Shown: piece by piece, positions 34,541-44,503 of the stretch
Layout: each line of letters opens with the position of its first letter
How positions within the stretch are numbered: the first letter of the stretch is position 1
Assembly: GCA_022842885.1 (NCBI GenBank)
Contig: JALHOR010000015.1
Location: 2,219-66,218, forward strand
DNA length: 64,000 bases
From: Anaerolineae bacterium
Lineage (GTDB): Bacteria > Chloroflexota > Anaerolineae > Aggregatilineales > Phototrophicaceae
Reading direction: 5' to 3'
Made by a program: the position numbers and the translations under genes
The notes under the pieces: generated by a model
What the model was told of the DNA's origin: nothing
Database searches by the model: none
The model's input: the letters and a program-made list of their open reading frames with translations, nothing else

Positions 34541-36013
34541 GTGGCGATGATACGATTGTATAATCCGCAATGGCAATATCTTCCCTTCCACCAAAACCCT
34601 TGGTTTCAGGCAGCGGTGGCATGTGCCTTAGCAGTAGCGATGGGCATTGCCGCGCTGCTGGTTGATCCGCTGGCAGGTTTTGGCATTGTTTTTGGCGCAG
34701 CCGGTGCCATTATCCTCCTCAAACGCCCAGAATTGGCGGTTATCTTCGCCTTTATCGCCTCCTCAACGCTGTTTAATGCTGCCACCCACACCAGCATCGC
34801 TCGTTTAGCGGATGGAATGCTGTTGTTGGCATTGGGGATGATTGTTGTCCGTTGGATGCTCGAACAGCATTTTACTTTTGTTCCAACGCCCATCAATTTT
34901 GCCTTGATTGGCTTTTTAGGGATGGCAGGTATCTCTGGGTTGCTCAATTATCTGGGGTCGGTACTGAATCTCGCGGCATTCGTGCCGGAATTCCGCAATT
35001 GGTGTTATTATGCCATCTTCTTCATCATGGTGAATCTGGTGCGGCAAAAACATCAATTGATGTTGATTTTGAAGCTGCTGCTGGTCATTACACTAATATG
35101 TGCCGGCTTGATGATAGCCCAATATGCATTGGGAAGCAGCGTCAACTTATTGATGACGGGGCGCGTAGAAGCACTCATCACCCAAGATACCAAGTATGAT
35201 ACTGTTACCCGCATCTTGCCGCCCGCGCAGTCCAGCGTTTTTATGGGCTTTTTGATTTTGATGGTCATATTGATTGTGCGTCCGTTTACACGCTGGTCAT
35301 TGGTGTTGTTGGTTTTCTGGTTTATGTGTGCCGGAGCAGTCATCGTCACCTTTAATCGTAACTTCTGGGTGAGCGCCATGCTTATCATGGCGATGACGGG
35401 GGTCTTGTGTTTCTGGTACAATCGTCCGGCATTTGGGCGGGTTTTGCTGATTTGCGGCATTGGCATTAGTGTCCTCACAGCGATTCCGTTGCTCATGCCG
35501 GGGTCAGCCGCTGCCGGACTCATCCAAGCCAGTGCGGAACGCATCGGTTCAATTGCCAGCAGCGAACAAGTTGAAAATGATGAGAGTTTGCGGTGGCGCG
35601 ATACCGAATATGAATATGCAGTCCCTGCCCTTTTAGCCAACCCCATCATTGGTGTTGGACCGGGTAATGCCTACCGCCCTTTTGACTCACGGTTAGATAC
35701 CGTTGGGCATTTTTCCGGGATGCGCTACATGCATAATGGGCATTTGTGGCTCATGGTCAAAGGCGGTATTATCAGCTATATTTTCTTTGCGATTGCGATT
35801 GTGCTAACGATTTATCGGGGGGTGCGTTTCTGGCGGTTTGTCCCCGATTTGACCTTACGCAGTGTGGCGTTGGCAAACGCACTCACATTATTGGTGCTGC
35901 CTATCCAAGCAATTGTCGCACCCATCTATATGCAAGTCTTCTGGATTCCTATCTTAGGTATTATGATGGGTACAAACGAAGTGATTTATCGTCTGAGTGG
36001 CTTAACTCGTTAG
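34541..36013 (+). CDS. Wzy / O-antigen-ligase-family polysaccharide polymerase
   Basis: Polytopic (10 or more hydrophobic helices). Large late loop with RWRDTEYEY..GVGPGNAY and HNGHLWLMVKGG. Start is either GTG 34541 or ATG 34547. Confidence 0.75.
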   Translation: MAMIRLYNPQWQYLPFHQNPWFQAAVACALAVAMGIAALLVDPLAGFGIVFGAAGAIILLKRPELAVIFAFIASSTLFNAATHTSIARLADGMLLLALGMIVVRWMLEQHFTFVPTPINFALIGFLGMAGISGLLNYLGSVLNLAAFVPEFRNWCYYAIFFIMVNLVRQKHQLMLILKLLLVITLICAGLMIAQYALGSSVNLLMTGRVEALITQDTKYDTVTRILPPAQSSVFMGFLILMVILIVRPFTRWSLVLLVFWFMCAGAVIVTFNRNFWVSAMLIMAMTGVLCFWYNRPAFGRVLLICGIGISVLTAIPLLMPGSAAAGLIQASAERIGSIASSEQVENDESLRWRDTEYEYAVPALLANPIIGVGPGNAYRPFDSRLDTVGHFSGMRYMHNGHLWLMVKGGIISYIFFAIAIVLTIYRGVRFWRFVPDLTLRSVALANALTLLVLPIQAIVAPIYMQVFWIPILGIMMGTNEVIYRLSGLTR

Positions 36014-36046
36014 TTCCATCGCTGTCGGCAAGGGGGCAACATCATC

Positions 36047-37537
36047 ATGAGCAAGCCAAAATCGACATTTTCGCGTGTCGTCAGCGGAACATTGGCAACG
36101 GCACTTGGTAAAGGCACCTCGGTTATCCTCAATTTTGTCATTATTGTGGTGCTTGCCCGCGCTCTCACCCCAGAAGATTACGGCGCGTTTGTTTTACTAC
36201 GCACCTTTGCCTTGTTTTTAGGACAACTTAGCGGTATCGGCTTAGATACCTGTTTGCCTGTCTTGTTCTCGCGGTTGGAAAGCGACGAAGAAAAACGCCA
36301 ACTGGTCAATACCGCGCTCATCTTTCGCTGTGTGATGGTGGTGCTGTTTGGTGTCGTCGCCTTTGTTTTCCAAAAAGAGATTGCTGGACTACTGGGGTCA
36401 ACACTGCTGCCGCCAGAATTGGCGATTTATCTGCCGGTGATGATTATCTGCGAAGCCATCTATGTGATGACGCAAGCGATGCTGCAAAGTTTTATGCGCT
36501 TCCGACAGATGGGTAAGAATGACATTATCCTCAGCATCACCAATTTTGCCTTGACGATTTTATTTGTGGTTATCTTGCAAGTCGGTGTAGAAGGCTTGGT
36601 GTTTGCCCGCATTGGCGCTCAGATTGCCGCGTTATCCCAAGGGATTCGGGCAATTCCAGTGCAGAAAAAACTTGAATTTTATGGCAGCAAATTAATTTAT
36701 ATGCTGCGCTTTGGGCTGCCCATGCTGGCGAATGAAATTCTGACCTTCTGGTACAACCGCTTCGATACGGTGATAGTTGGGTTGCTGTTGGGGTCTAGTG
36801 GGGTTGCGTTTTATGAGGTGGGTAAACGTATTCCCGATACCATGCGGATTTTGTACGATGCCTTTCGTAGTGTTTATTATCCGTTTATCTCACGGTTATA
36901 TCATGACAAAGACTATGCCCAAGTGGAGTTATTTATCAATACGATTCTGCGCGTGGTAGCTTTCGCAACTTGCAGCGCGGCGCTTGTGGGCATCTTGGCA
37001 GGCAATGCGTTGGTGGTTATTTTCTTCACCGAGAAGTATGTGCCAGCCATCCCGGTTTTCATGCTGATGATGGTGACACTCAGTTGGCGACTCGTAGGCA
37101 ATGTGCTTGGCACGTCTATTGTAGCGCTTGGGGAAACCGAAAAACCTGCCATCACATCGGCAATTTCAGCCGTCGTGGGGTTTGGTGCCAATCTGCTGCT
37201 TATCCCCATTTTCAACATTTTGGGGGCAGCGATGGCAAGTTTGCTGAATGTCTGGGCTGCTAACCCTATTGATTACTTTTTTGTGTGGCGGCGGTTGCCC
37301 GGTGTTAGTGCCATCAGTTATTTAAAACCGTTTGCGATTTTTGCGGTTTTTGCCCTAGCTAGTGTGGCGCTTGCTTCCAATAATGTCTTGGTGTGGGTGC
37401 TGATATTCGTAGCCTATCTTTTAACAAATATTTTATTGGGCGTCATTAAACGCAGTGAACTGGATATGGTACGGGCAAAAGCGCCCCAGTTCGTGCGGGA
37501 ACGCTTTAAACATCGCTTCGCGGGGTCAAGCAAATGA
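36047..37537 (+). CDS. Wzx-type flippase (MOP superfamily polysaccharide biosynthesis protein)
   Basis: About 14 hydrophobic helices. N-terminus SGTLATALGKGTSVILNFVIIVVLARALTPEDYGAF is typical of Wzx. Confidence 0.8.
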   Translation: MSKPKSTFSRVVSGTLATALGKGTSVILNFVIIVVLARALTPEDYGAFVLLRTFALFLGQLSGIGLDTCLPVLFSRLESDEEKRQLVNTALIFRCVMVVLFGVVAFVFQKEIAGLLGSTLLPPELAIYLPVMIICEAIYVMTQAMLQSFMRFRQMGKNDIILSITNFALTILFVVILQVGVEGLVFARIGAQIAALSQGIRAIPVQKKLEFYGSKLIYMLRFGLPMLANEILTFWYNRFDTVIVGLLLGSSGVAFYEVGKRIPDTMRILYDAFRSVYYPFISRLYHDKDYAQVELFINTILRVVAFATCSAALVGILAGNALVVIFFTEKYVPAIPVFMLMMVTLSWRLVGNVLGTSIVALGETEKPAITSAISAVVGFGANLLLIPIFNILGAAMASLLNVWAANPIDYFFVWRRLPGVSAISYLKPFAIFAVFALASVALASNNVLVWVLIFVAYLLTNILLGVIKRSELDMVRAKAPQFVRERFKHRFAGSSK

Positions 37538-38784
37538 GGATTCTGGTTCTCAGCAATTTTTATCCGCCCTACTTCTTCGGCGGTTATGAAATCCAATGTC
37601 ACGTTTATAGCGAAGGGCTGCGTCAAAAAGGGCATGAAGTTCTTGTTCTGACGAGTCAGCATGGTAGCAGCGGGGTGGATGGGCATGTGCATCGGCTGTT
37701 GCATTACTTTAATCCGGCTGATGATGAGTTGAATTACCCTTCTTGGATTCCGCGCCGCTTATCGCGCCCGTATATCCATGCTCAACGTGCCTTGAATGCC
37801 CGCCGCAATTATCGTATTGCCCGCCAAACGGCATTAGAGTTTAAGCCGGATTTGGTCTTCGTGTGGAATATGGGCGCGGTGGAAGTGACGCCAGTCTTGG
37901 GTGTACAGCGATTAGGGCTGCCAACGGTCTTCAATTTGGGGGACTACTGGTTGGCGAAATTACGCCGACAGCTAGGTCCAGAATTTAGCTTGCCGCTGCG
38001 CCTGTACCGTGCTTATTATCGGGGAATCACCCATTTTGATGAACTAGATGTGAGTCACTTGCAAATTATCAGCCAAGCACTCAAACAACATTACGTCAAT
38101 GCGGGTTTCACGCCCGAAAGCCTCACGGTTATACCACGCGGTGTTGACCCCACTATGATTATTGATGAAGCCGATTTGCCATCTAATTTTCATGAACGCG
38201 GTGATAAAACGATTCGACTTATCTATGTGGGACGCCTTGATTCCGATAAAGGGGTACACATCGCCATCGAAGCCTTAAGCAACTTAAGCGACTATCCATG
38301 GAATATCACGCTGGATATTATCGGTGACGGTGAACAGGCATACATGGAACAACTCCAAGACCAAATCCAAGCCTTTGGTTTAGAAAAGCGCGTCAATTTT
38401 TTGGGACGCCAACCCCGCGAAAAAGTCTTGGCAGGTTATACGCGCTATGATGTGGCATTGCTGCCTTCTATCTGGATTGAACCACTGGGTAATGTCGTAT
38501 TAGAGGCGATGTCGAATGGGGTACCGATGATTGCCACTGCACAAGGCGGACCCGCTGAAATGATTATCCATGGCGAAAACGGGCTGCTCATCCCACCCAA
38601 TGATGCGCGGGCACTGGCAGATACCATCCAGTTGATGGTCAATGAGCCAGAATTGGTCGCCAAAATACGCCAGCAAGGGCTGAAAAGTGTGCGCCAAAAA
38701 TATAATTCTCGCATTATTCTCGATATTATGGAGAATTACTTGCTTACCCTAGTGGACAAGCACCGCACAGAAAGGAATGCCTAA
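37534..38784 (+). CDS. Glycosyltransferase family 4
   Basis: MRILVLSNFYPP... and the EX7E motif IEPLGNVVLEAMSNGVPMIAT..GENGLL. ATGA overlap with the flippase stop. Confidence 0.85.
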   Translation: MRILVLSNFYPPYFFGGYEIQCHVYSEGLRQKGHEVLVLTSQHGSSGVDGHVHRLLHYFNPADDELNYPSWIPRRLSRPYIHAQRALNARRNYRIARQTALEFKPDLVFVWNMGAVEVTPVLGVQRLGLPTVFNLGDYWLAKLRRQLGPEFSLPLRLYRAYYRGITHFDELDVSHLQIISQALKQHYVNAGFTPESLTVIPRGVDPTMIIDEADLPSNFHERGDKTIRLIYVGRLDSDKGVHIAIEALSNLSDYPWNITLDIIGDGEQAYMEQLQDQIQAFGLEKRVNFLGRQPREKVLAGYTRYDVALLPSIWIEPLGNVVLEAMSNGVPMIATAQGGPAEMIIHGENGLLIPPNDARALADTIQLMVNEPELVAKIRQQGLKSVRQKYNSRIILDIMENYLLTLVDKHRTERNA

Positions 38785-39992
38785 TGCGGATTTTAGCTAT
38801 CACACCGCATATCCCTTATCCCTTAAATGGGGGTGAACGTATCCGCGAATATCATCTATTAAAGCGGGCTGCCCAGCATCATGACATCTGGATTGCGGGC
38901 TTCACTTATAGCCAAGATTATGTGCCACCTCTGATGGAATTTTGCCAAGGGGTGGAAACAGTGCCATTTGAACGGTATCGCAATCAACTGATGCGCCAAA
39001 TTCCCGGTTTAGTTCGCTACGCCATTGAAGGCAAACCCTTAGAACATCGCTTTAAATATTCGCAGGCATTGGTGGATAAACTCCGCGCTCTCCAAACCCA
39101 AGTGCAATTTGATATTGTGCAAATTGAAGAATCGCATATGGCGTTGTATCGGGAATTTTTAGCTGCCGGACGCTATAAAACCTTGTTGGTCTTGCATAAT
39201 ATCACTGCGCCGCAGTACAAACGCATTTACCAAACGGAAAAACGCTTGCTGCCCAAATTCCGCGCCGGGTTATATGCCCGCCAAATGGAACACTGGGAAC
39301 CCGAATATGCGGGGCGCTTTGATAAATGTGTCACGGTGTCGTCTGTCGAAGAAAAAATGCTGCTCCAATTGAATCCCCGCCTGAATATCACAACGGTTCC
39401 CAACGGTGTAGATACCAAACAATATGAACCGCTGCCAGCGCCCGAACCGAATAATCATCAATTGATTTTTGTGGGCAATATGCGTTATGCGCCGGGCGTA
39501 GATGCCGCAATTTATATGGCAACCGAAATTTTGCCCATCGTCCGCGAGAGTGTACCCGATGCCGAATTGTGGATTGTGGGGCGTGAACCCACGCCAGAAG
39601 TACAAGCCCTCGCCAGCGATATTGTGCATGTAACGGGCGAAGTGCCAGAAGTGCTGCCGTATTATCAAAAAGGCGCAGTATCGGTAGTGGCGCTGCGTTC
39701 TGGGGGTGGTACACGCCTAAAAATTCTGGAAGCTATGGGAATGGGGCGTCCCGTCGTATCTACGACGATTGGCGCTGAAGGCTTAGAAGTCGTAGATGGC
39801 AAACACATCCTCATTGGGGATAACCGCGAAACTTTCGCCGCGCATACTGTCCGGTTGCTCAAAGACCGCCAACTGTATACCAATATCGTCGCGCAGGCTC
39901 GCCAATTGGTGGTCTCGCGCTACGATTGGGATGCCCTCGCTGACCAAATGAACGTGATCTACGATGAACTTGTGCCGCAGCGCGTGAATTAA
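38784..39992 (+). CDS. Glycosyltransferase family 4
   Basis: MRILAITPHIPYP..., GGGTRLKILEAMGMGRPVVSTTIGAEGL. TAATG overlap with the upstream gene. Confidence 0.85.
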   Translation: MRILAITPHIPYPLNGGERIREYHLLKRAAQHHDIWIAGFTYSQDYVPPLMEFCQGVETVPFERYRNQLMRQIPGLVRYAIEGKPLEHRFKYSQALVDKLRALQTQVQFDIVQIEESHMALYREFLAAGRYKTLLVLHNITAPQYKRIYQTEKRLLPKFRAGLYARQMEHWEPEYAGRFDKCVTVSSVEEKMLLQLNPRLNITTVPNGVDTKQYEPLPAPEPNNHQLIFVGNMRYAPGVDAAIYMATEILPIVRESVPDAELWIVGREPTPEVQALASDIVHVTGEVPEVLPYYQKGAVSVVALRSGGGTRLKILEAMGMGRPVVSTTIGAEGLEVVDGKHILIGDNRETFAAHTVRLLKDRQLYTNIVAQARQLVVSRYDWDALADQMNVIYDELVPQRVN

Positions 39993-40065
39993 CCGTAGTT
40001 GCCACGATAGCCTAAATGAGATGCAACCCAACCATTTAGAAGCTCTTGCAAATTTGATTCTTTCA

Positions 40066-40092
40066 GTAGGGGCGAGGCATATCTCGCCCTAC
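40066..40092. repeat. Core-only copy of the GTAGGG..CCCTAC palindrome, sitting between convergent genes
   Basis: gtaggggcgaggcatatctcgccctac followed by gaaaaggattttt. Could act as a bidirectional terminator. Confidence 0.75.
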
Positions 40093-40116
40093 GAAAAGGA
40101 TTTTTGAAAGAAGTTT

Positions 40117-40542
40117 CTAGCCTTGCGGCGGCGGCACAACACCAATCACCAAGAAAATATTGGCGTAAATGCGCTGTTCGCCCGTGGCAATCACCAGTGA
40201 GGTATCGCTGCCTTTTGCCAAATCATAAAAATCAAACCGTCCGTGCCGATGCAATTCTAAACCGGGCAGCAATGCTGAAAATTCGGCATGAATCGGCGGG
40301 GTGGAGTCATCATCCGGCACCATCACATGTGCGGCTTCCACCGGAATTGCAGTGATAATACCTTTCAGCACATCCGTCACGCTCAACATGCCGGGTGTAA
40401 AATTCAGATACACGCGCTCTGCTGCCGGATTCGCCCGCGTGATAAATGGGTAGTTGCCATCGGCAATCAGAATGCCGCTGCCATGCCCAGACGCGCCTAA
40501 AACTTGCAAAATCGTGGGGTGCAATAAGTGTGTTTTGAGCAT
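40117..40542 (-). CDS. RbsD/FucU-family sugar mutarotase/pyranase
   Basis: MLKTHLLHPTILQVLGASGHGSGILIADGNYPF parallels E. coli FucU ([34 protein letters not shown]). Confidence 0.8.
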   Translation of the reverse strand: MLKTHLLHPTILQVLGASGHGSGILIADGNYPFITRANPAAERVYLNFTPGMLSVTDVLKGIITAIPVEAAHVMVPDDDSTPPIHAEFSALLPGLELHRHGRFDFYDLAKGSDTSLVIATGEQRIYANIFLVIGVVPPPQG

Positions 40543-40772
40543 CGGTTATATCCTCTGAAATTTGTTATTTTAGCTATCAGCAATTAGCAGTCAGCTTTCA
40601 GCGTTATTGCAACATTCGATTGTCATTGAGCCATACCGCCAGAAACTAAAGTTTCCGGCTACCAAAGAAACAAGTCTGCTAAAGAGACTACTTCATTAAT
40701 TTGGGGCTAGAGTCAGAACTAGGGACTTTTAACTCAGCACTTCGTCCTCAGCACTTAGCCCTTTTTATTTAT

Positions 40773-42296
40773 CTATTCGCCCATCAATTCAAAGACTGCT
40801 TCTAACCCGGTGTATGCCTTCTCAAAAAGTAGATAGGCTTTGTCGTAAACGGCTTCATGCTGTTTTTGTGGCGACAGCGTTTCAGCAATCGCATTCATGC
40901 GCTCTGCCATGCTGAAATCAGGATACAACCCCACGCCGACGCCACCAATCACCGCCGCCCCCATCGAAGTCGCTTCTTCCAAGACTGCCAAGCGATGCAG
41001 CGGTACGCCATAAATATCTGCCATTATCTGCGCCCATAAGCGCCCACTCACGCCGCCGCCAATCACGCGAATAGCGTCTATCGCTGACCCTTGCCGCGAG
41101 AAAACCTCTAAAATCACGCGCAGATTCAGCGCCACACCTTCCATCGCTGCCCGCAGCATATCAGCGCGGGTATGACGAATGGTTAGCCCGATAAACGCTG
41201 CCCGCGCTTTAGGATTCCAGCGTGGCGAGCGTTCCCCCATGAGATACGGCAGAAAAATTAAGCCATTCGCTCCGGCTGGTGATTCTTCAGCAACGGCATT
41301 CATTAACGCATACGGACTGACATTTAGTGCCGCCGCCGCTTGTTTTTCCAACGGCGCGAGTTGGTCACGCATCCATTGATAAGCCGCACCTGCTGCTTGC
41401 ATCGTTCCCATTGGGATAAACAGCCCCGGCACCACATGAGCAAAGGTCATCGTGCGTTTTTCTGGGTCATAAATCGGTGTTTTGGAAGCGGTGGCAATCC
41501 ATGACGACGACCCCACATAACTATAAGCAATATTTTCCGCGATAGACCCCGCCCCAACCGAAGCACATGCCCCATCGCCGCCGCCCATCACCACAGGCGT
41601 ACCCGCTGGAACACCGATTTCATCCGCGACACTCGATAGCACTCCGCCCACCACTTGCGTTGACGGCACAATGTTGGGCAACTGCGCCGGGTTTAACGCC
41701 GCTGCTTCGATAATCTCTTGTGACCACATGCCTTTTTCTAAATCATAGAGATTCATGCCGCTGGCATCAGATGGGTCGGTGGCGAAAACGCCTGTTAAGC
41801 GGGCAATCATGGCATCTTTGGCATGGCTAAAAATATGGGTCGCAGCATAAATATCCGGCTGATGCTCACGAATCCACAAAATTTTGTGCAGCGAATATGC
41901 CGCACTCAACCGATGACCGGTGATGCGATACATCGTATCCACGCCTAATTTTTCGCCAAGCTGTGTCGCTTGTGCTGTAGCGCGGCTGTCTGCCCAAATA
42001 ATCGCCGGGCGCAGCGGACGCGCCTGAGCATCCAACGCGACCACGCCTTGCATCTGCCCGCTGAAAGTGATGCACGCTATATCATCGCCGCGCACGCCTG
42101 CTTCTACCAGTAATTGCTTAGTTGAAACACAGACCGCGTTCCACCAGTCATTCGGGTTCTGCTCTGCCCAACCTGTTTCAGGATGCGATAAACCATAGCC
42201 AAAAAAGGCACTGCCACGCAGTACCCCATCAGCGTCGTACAGCGTGGCTTTGTTGCCAGTTGTGCCTAAATCATGCGCCAGAATAAAATTTTTCAT
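40773..42296 (-). CDS. FGGY-family carbohydrate kinase (xylulokinase / fuculokinase-like)
   Basis: ILAHDLGTTGNKATLYD N-terminal phosphate loop. GGGDGACASVGAG and VIGGGVSGRLWAQIMADIYG C-terminal motifs. Confidence 0.85.
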   Translation of the reverse strand: MKNFILAHDLGTTGNKATLYDADGVLRGSAFFGYGLSHPETGWAEQNPNDWWNAVCVSTKQLLVEAGVRGDDIACITFSGQMQGVVALDAQARPLRPAIIWADSRATAQATQLGEKLGVDTMYRITGHRLSAAYSLHKILWIREHQPDIYAATHIFSHAKDAMIARLTGVFATDPSDASGMNLYDLEKGMWSQEIIEAAALNPAQLPNIVPSTQVVGGVLSSVADEIGVPAGTPVVMGGGDGACASVGAGSIAENIAYSYVGSSSWIATASKTPIYDPEKRTMTFAHVVPGLFIPMGTMQAAGAAYQWMRDQLAPLEKQAAAALNVSPYALMNAVAEESPAGANGLIFLPYLMGERSPRWNPKARAAFIGLTIRHTRADMLRAAMEGVALNLRVILEVFSRQGSAIDAIRVIGGGVSGRLWAQIMADIYGVPLHRLAVLEEATSMGAAVIGGVGVGLYPDFSMAERMNAIAETLSPQKQHEAVYDKAYLLFEKAYTGLEAVFELMGE

Positions 42297-42383
42297 ATCA
42301 TAAAGTCCAAAGTCTCTAGTCCAAAGTCCCTAGCAAGGGCAACCCATTTTTATTGCATTCAATCTAAATCTATGAAGATTTAA

Positions 42384-42422
42384 CACCCCTCGCCCTATGG
42401 GAGAGGGGCGGGGGGTGAGGGC
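42384..42422. repeat. GGGTGAGGG-family hairpin element
   Basis: cacccctcgccctatgggagaggggcggggggtgagggc (CCCCTC..GAGGGG stem). Confidence 0.75.
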
Positions 42423-42442
42423 TGCTGATAGCTAAAACACTT

Positions 42443-43372
42443 TTATCGCTTGAATCCCGCTATCGTCTGCTGAATACCCTCGGCTAAGGGCGTCTCATAA
42501 ATCGTCGTAAAATGCTGGCGCAAATCGCTATCATCAAAACCTTCTGGGAACGGCAGCGCATTCTCAGCGACGGTGATGGTTACACCGGGCGCATTGTCCA
42601 TGATGAGGCGTGCTACTTCGGTTAATGCGACGGGATTGCCGCCCAAATTAAAGCCATACGCGCCATTTAGCGGTTGGTCTGCTGCCAGAATAAATTGCTG
42701 CGCCATATCCGATGCAAAATGCATTTGGGTTTTGCCGCCAAAATTGATATGAAAAGGCTCGCCTTTGGCGGCGGCTTGCATGGCTTTAGTCGGGTCGCTG
42801 GTCAAGCCTTGGTCGCGTCCCAAGCCGTAAACCGTATACGGGCGTAACATGGTGCTGCTGATGCCATAATCCTGCCAATACACCCGCGCCGTGCCTTCGT
42901 TGGCAACTTTGTACACGCCATAAAGCGTATTCGGCATGAAGGGCGCATCGTGCTTGATAAAGCCCGGCGGATAATGCTCTGGTGAGCCATACACAGCGAT
43001 AGACGATGCCGCTGCCAAATGTTTGACGCCGGAATGCCGCGCTGCCTCATAAATATTGACTGTTCCGGTGACATTCACTTGCGCCCCCACCACCGGATTC
43101 GCCCGGCAAAATGGCACTTGCAGCGCCGCCAAATGAATCACATGGGTGATGCCGTGCTGCTCAAAGACATTTTTCACCTGCTGCGTATCGGTCAAATCAC
43201 CTTTGATAAACGTAATTGCCGCTTGTTCGTCTTTGCCCATGAGCAAGTCTAGACGCTGACGATCTTCGCTGAGGTCAAAGCTAACCGCGTGTGCGCCGCG
43301 CTGCACCAGATGATACAACGTCCATGCGCCGATGCAGCCCATCGCCCCAGTGACAAGATAAGTATTGGTCAT
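42443..43372 (-). CDS. NAD-dependent epimerase/dehydratase-type (extended SDR) enzyme
   Basis: VTGAMGCIGAWT (GxxGxxG) and LYGVYK (YxxxK). Confidence 0.8.
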   Translation of the reverse strand: MTNTYLVTGAMGCIGAWTLYHLVQRGAHAVSFDLSEDRQRLDLLMGKDEQAAITFIKGDLTDTQQVKNVFEQHGITHVIHLAALQVPFCRANPVVGAQVNVTGTVNIYEAARHSGVKHLAAASSIAVYGSPEHYPPGFIKHDAPFMPNTLYGVYKVANEGTARVYWQDYGISSTMLRPYTVYGLGRDQGLTSDPTKAMQAAAKGEPFHINFGGKTQMHFASDMAQQFILAADQPLNGAYGFNLGGNPVALTEVARLIMDNAPGVTITVAENALPFPEGFDDSDLRQHFTTIYETPLAEGIQQTIAGFKR

Positions 43373-43376
43373 ACCT

Positions 43377-44252
43377 TTAGCCTTCTACCATGCGATTGGT
43401 TAAGCGCCCCAAATTGCCCACTTCCACCACATATTCATCGCCGGGTTTCAGCCATACTTTGTCTGCCATGCCCAAAATGACGCCTTCGGGCGTGCCAGTC
43501 GAAATAATATCGCCCGAATTAAGGGTCATAAATTGGCTGGCATAAGCGATGCACTGCGCGACCGAAAAAATCATATCTCCCGTCGTGCTATTTTGGCGTA
43601 GTTCGCCATTCAGCCAACCTTTCACGATCATCTTTTGTGGGTCGCCCGCTTCATCGGCTGTGACCAAATAGGGACCAATCGGCAAAAATTTATCGAGCGT
43701 TTTGCCAATCAACCACTGCCCGGAACGCAACTGGAAATTTCTTTCGCTCAAATCATTGGCATTGGCATAGCCCAACACGTAATTGAGCGCGTCGGCTTCG
43801 CTGACATTTTTTGCCGTTTTGCCGATGACCACCAATTGTTCGGCTTCGTAATCTGCCATGCCCATGCTGCTGCTGATGGGGACACCTTCATTGGGGGCGG
43901 CGATGGCATTATTAAATTTGCTGAACAGAATCGGATATTCAGGAATTTTCGCGCCGGTTTCGATGGCATGTTGGCGATAATTCAGCCCGACGCACAACAC
44001 TTTGCCCGGATTCGGCACCACTGGCGCAAACGTTAGCGATGTTTCTTCATGCACATAAGCAGCATCTATGGGCAATTGCACGAAGGCTTGAAACGCAGGC
44101 AGCGCCTCGACACCAGCGGCATAAAAAGCAGTGGGTGTTTCTGGCACAGCACCGCCGTGTGCCGCTTTGGCAGCAGCCACATCTATCACACCTGCATCGG
44201 TCTTTATCCCTAATTTGAGCGTGTTATCAGCTTGGAAAACGAGAAAGCGCAT
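43377..44252 (-). CDS. Fumarylacetoacetate hydrolase (FAH) family protein
   Basis: N-terminal Rv2993c-like domain followed by an FAH fold (KVLCVGLNYRQHA, YEAEQLVVIGK, GDIISTGTPEGV). Confidence 0.85.
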   Translation of the reverse strand: MRFLVFQADNTLKLGIKTDAGVIDVAAAKAAHGGAVPETPTAFYAAGVEALPAFQAFVQLPIDAAYVHEETSLTFAPVVPNPGKVLCVGLNYRQHAIETGAKIPEYPILFSKFNNAIAAPNEGVPISSSMGMADYEAEQLVVIGKTAKNVSEADALNYVLGYANANDLSERNFQLRSGQWLIGKTLDKFLPIGPYLVTADEAGDPQKMIVKGWLNGELRQNSTTGDMIFSVAQCIAYASQFMTLNSGDIISTGTPEGVILGMADKVWLKPGDEYVVEVGNLGRLTNRMVEG

Positions 44253-44327
44253 AAAAATGTCCTTTTTAGCTGGTCGCTATGGGTTGTTCGCTGGTAGAAA
44301 TTTTTTTGATTCATTTACAGTAATTTT

Positions 44328-44419
44328 GGCTCATGTTCAGAAAATGGGCTATGTAAGGTAGGGTTTCTAAACCCTCCCCTACAATCATCTAATTTTTCAC
44401 TCGTTTTGAACTTGAGCGA
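44328..44419 (+). repeat. ~90-bp composite palindromic element, diverged copy
   Basis: ggctcatgttcag...ggtagggtttctaaaccctcccctac...ttttgaacttgagcga. The flanks match the copies at 2988 and 53294. Confidence 0.8.
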
Positions 44420-44503
44420 TAATTTTAACTACGAAATGGCAAGAATCCTTCGTGTCCTTTGTGTTCTTCGTGGTTCAAAAAGAATTCTATAATACACGCA
44501 ACA

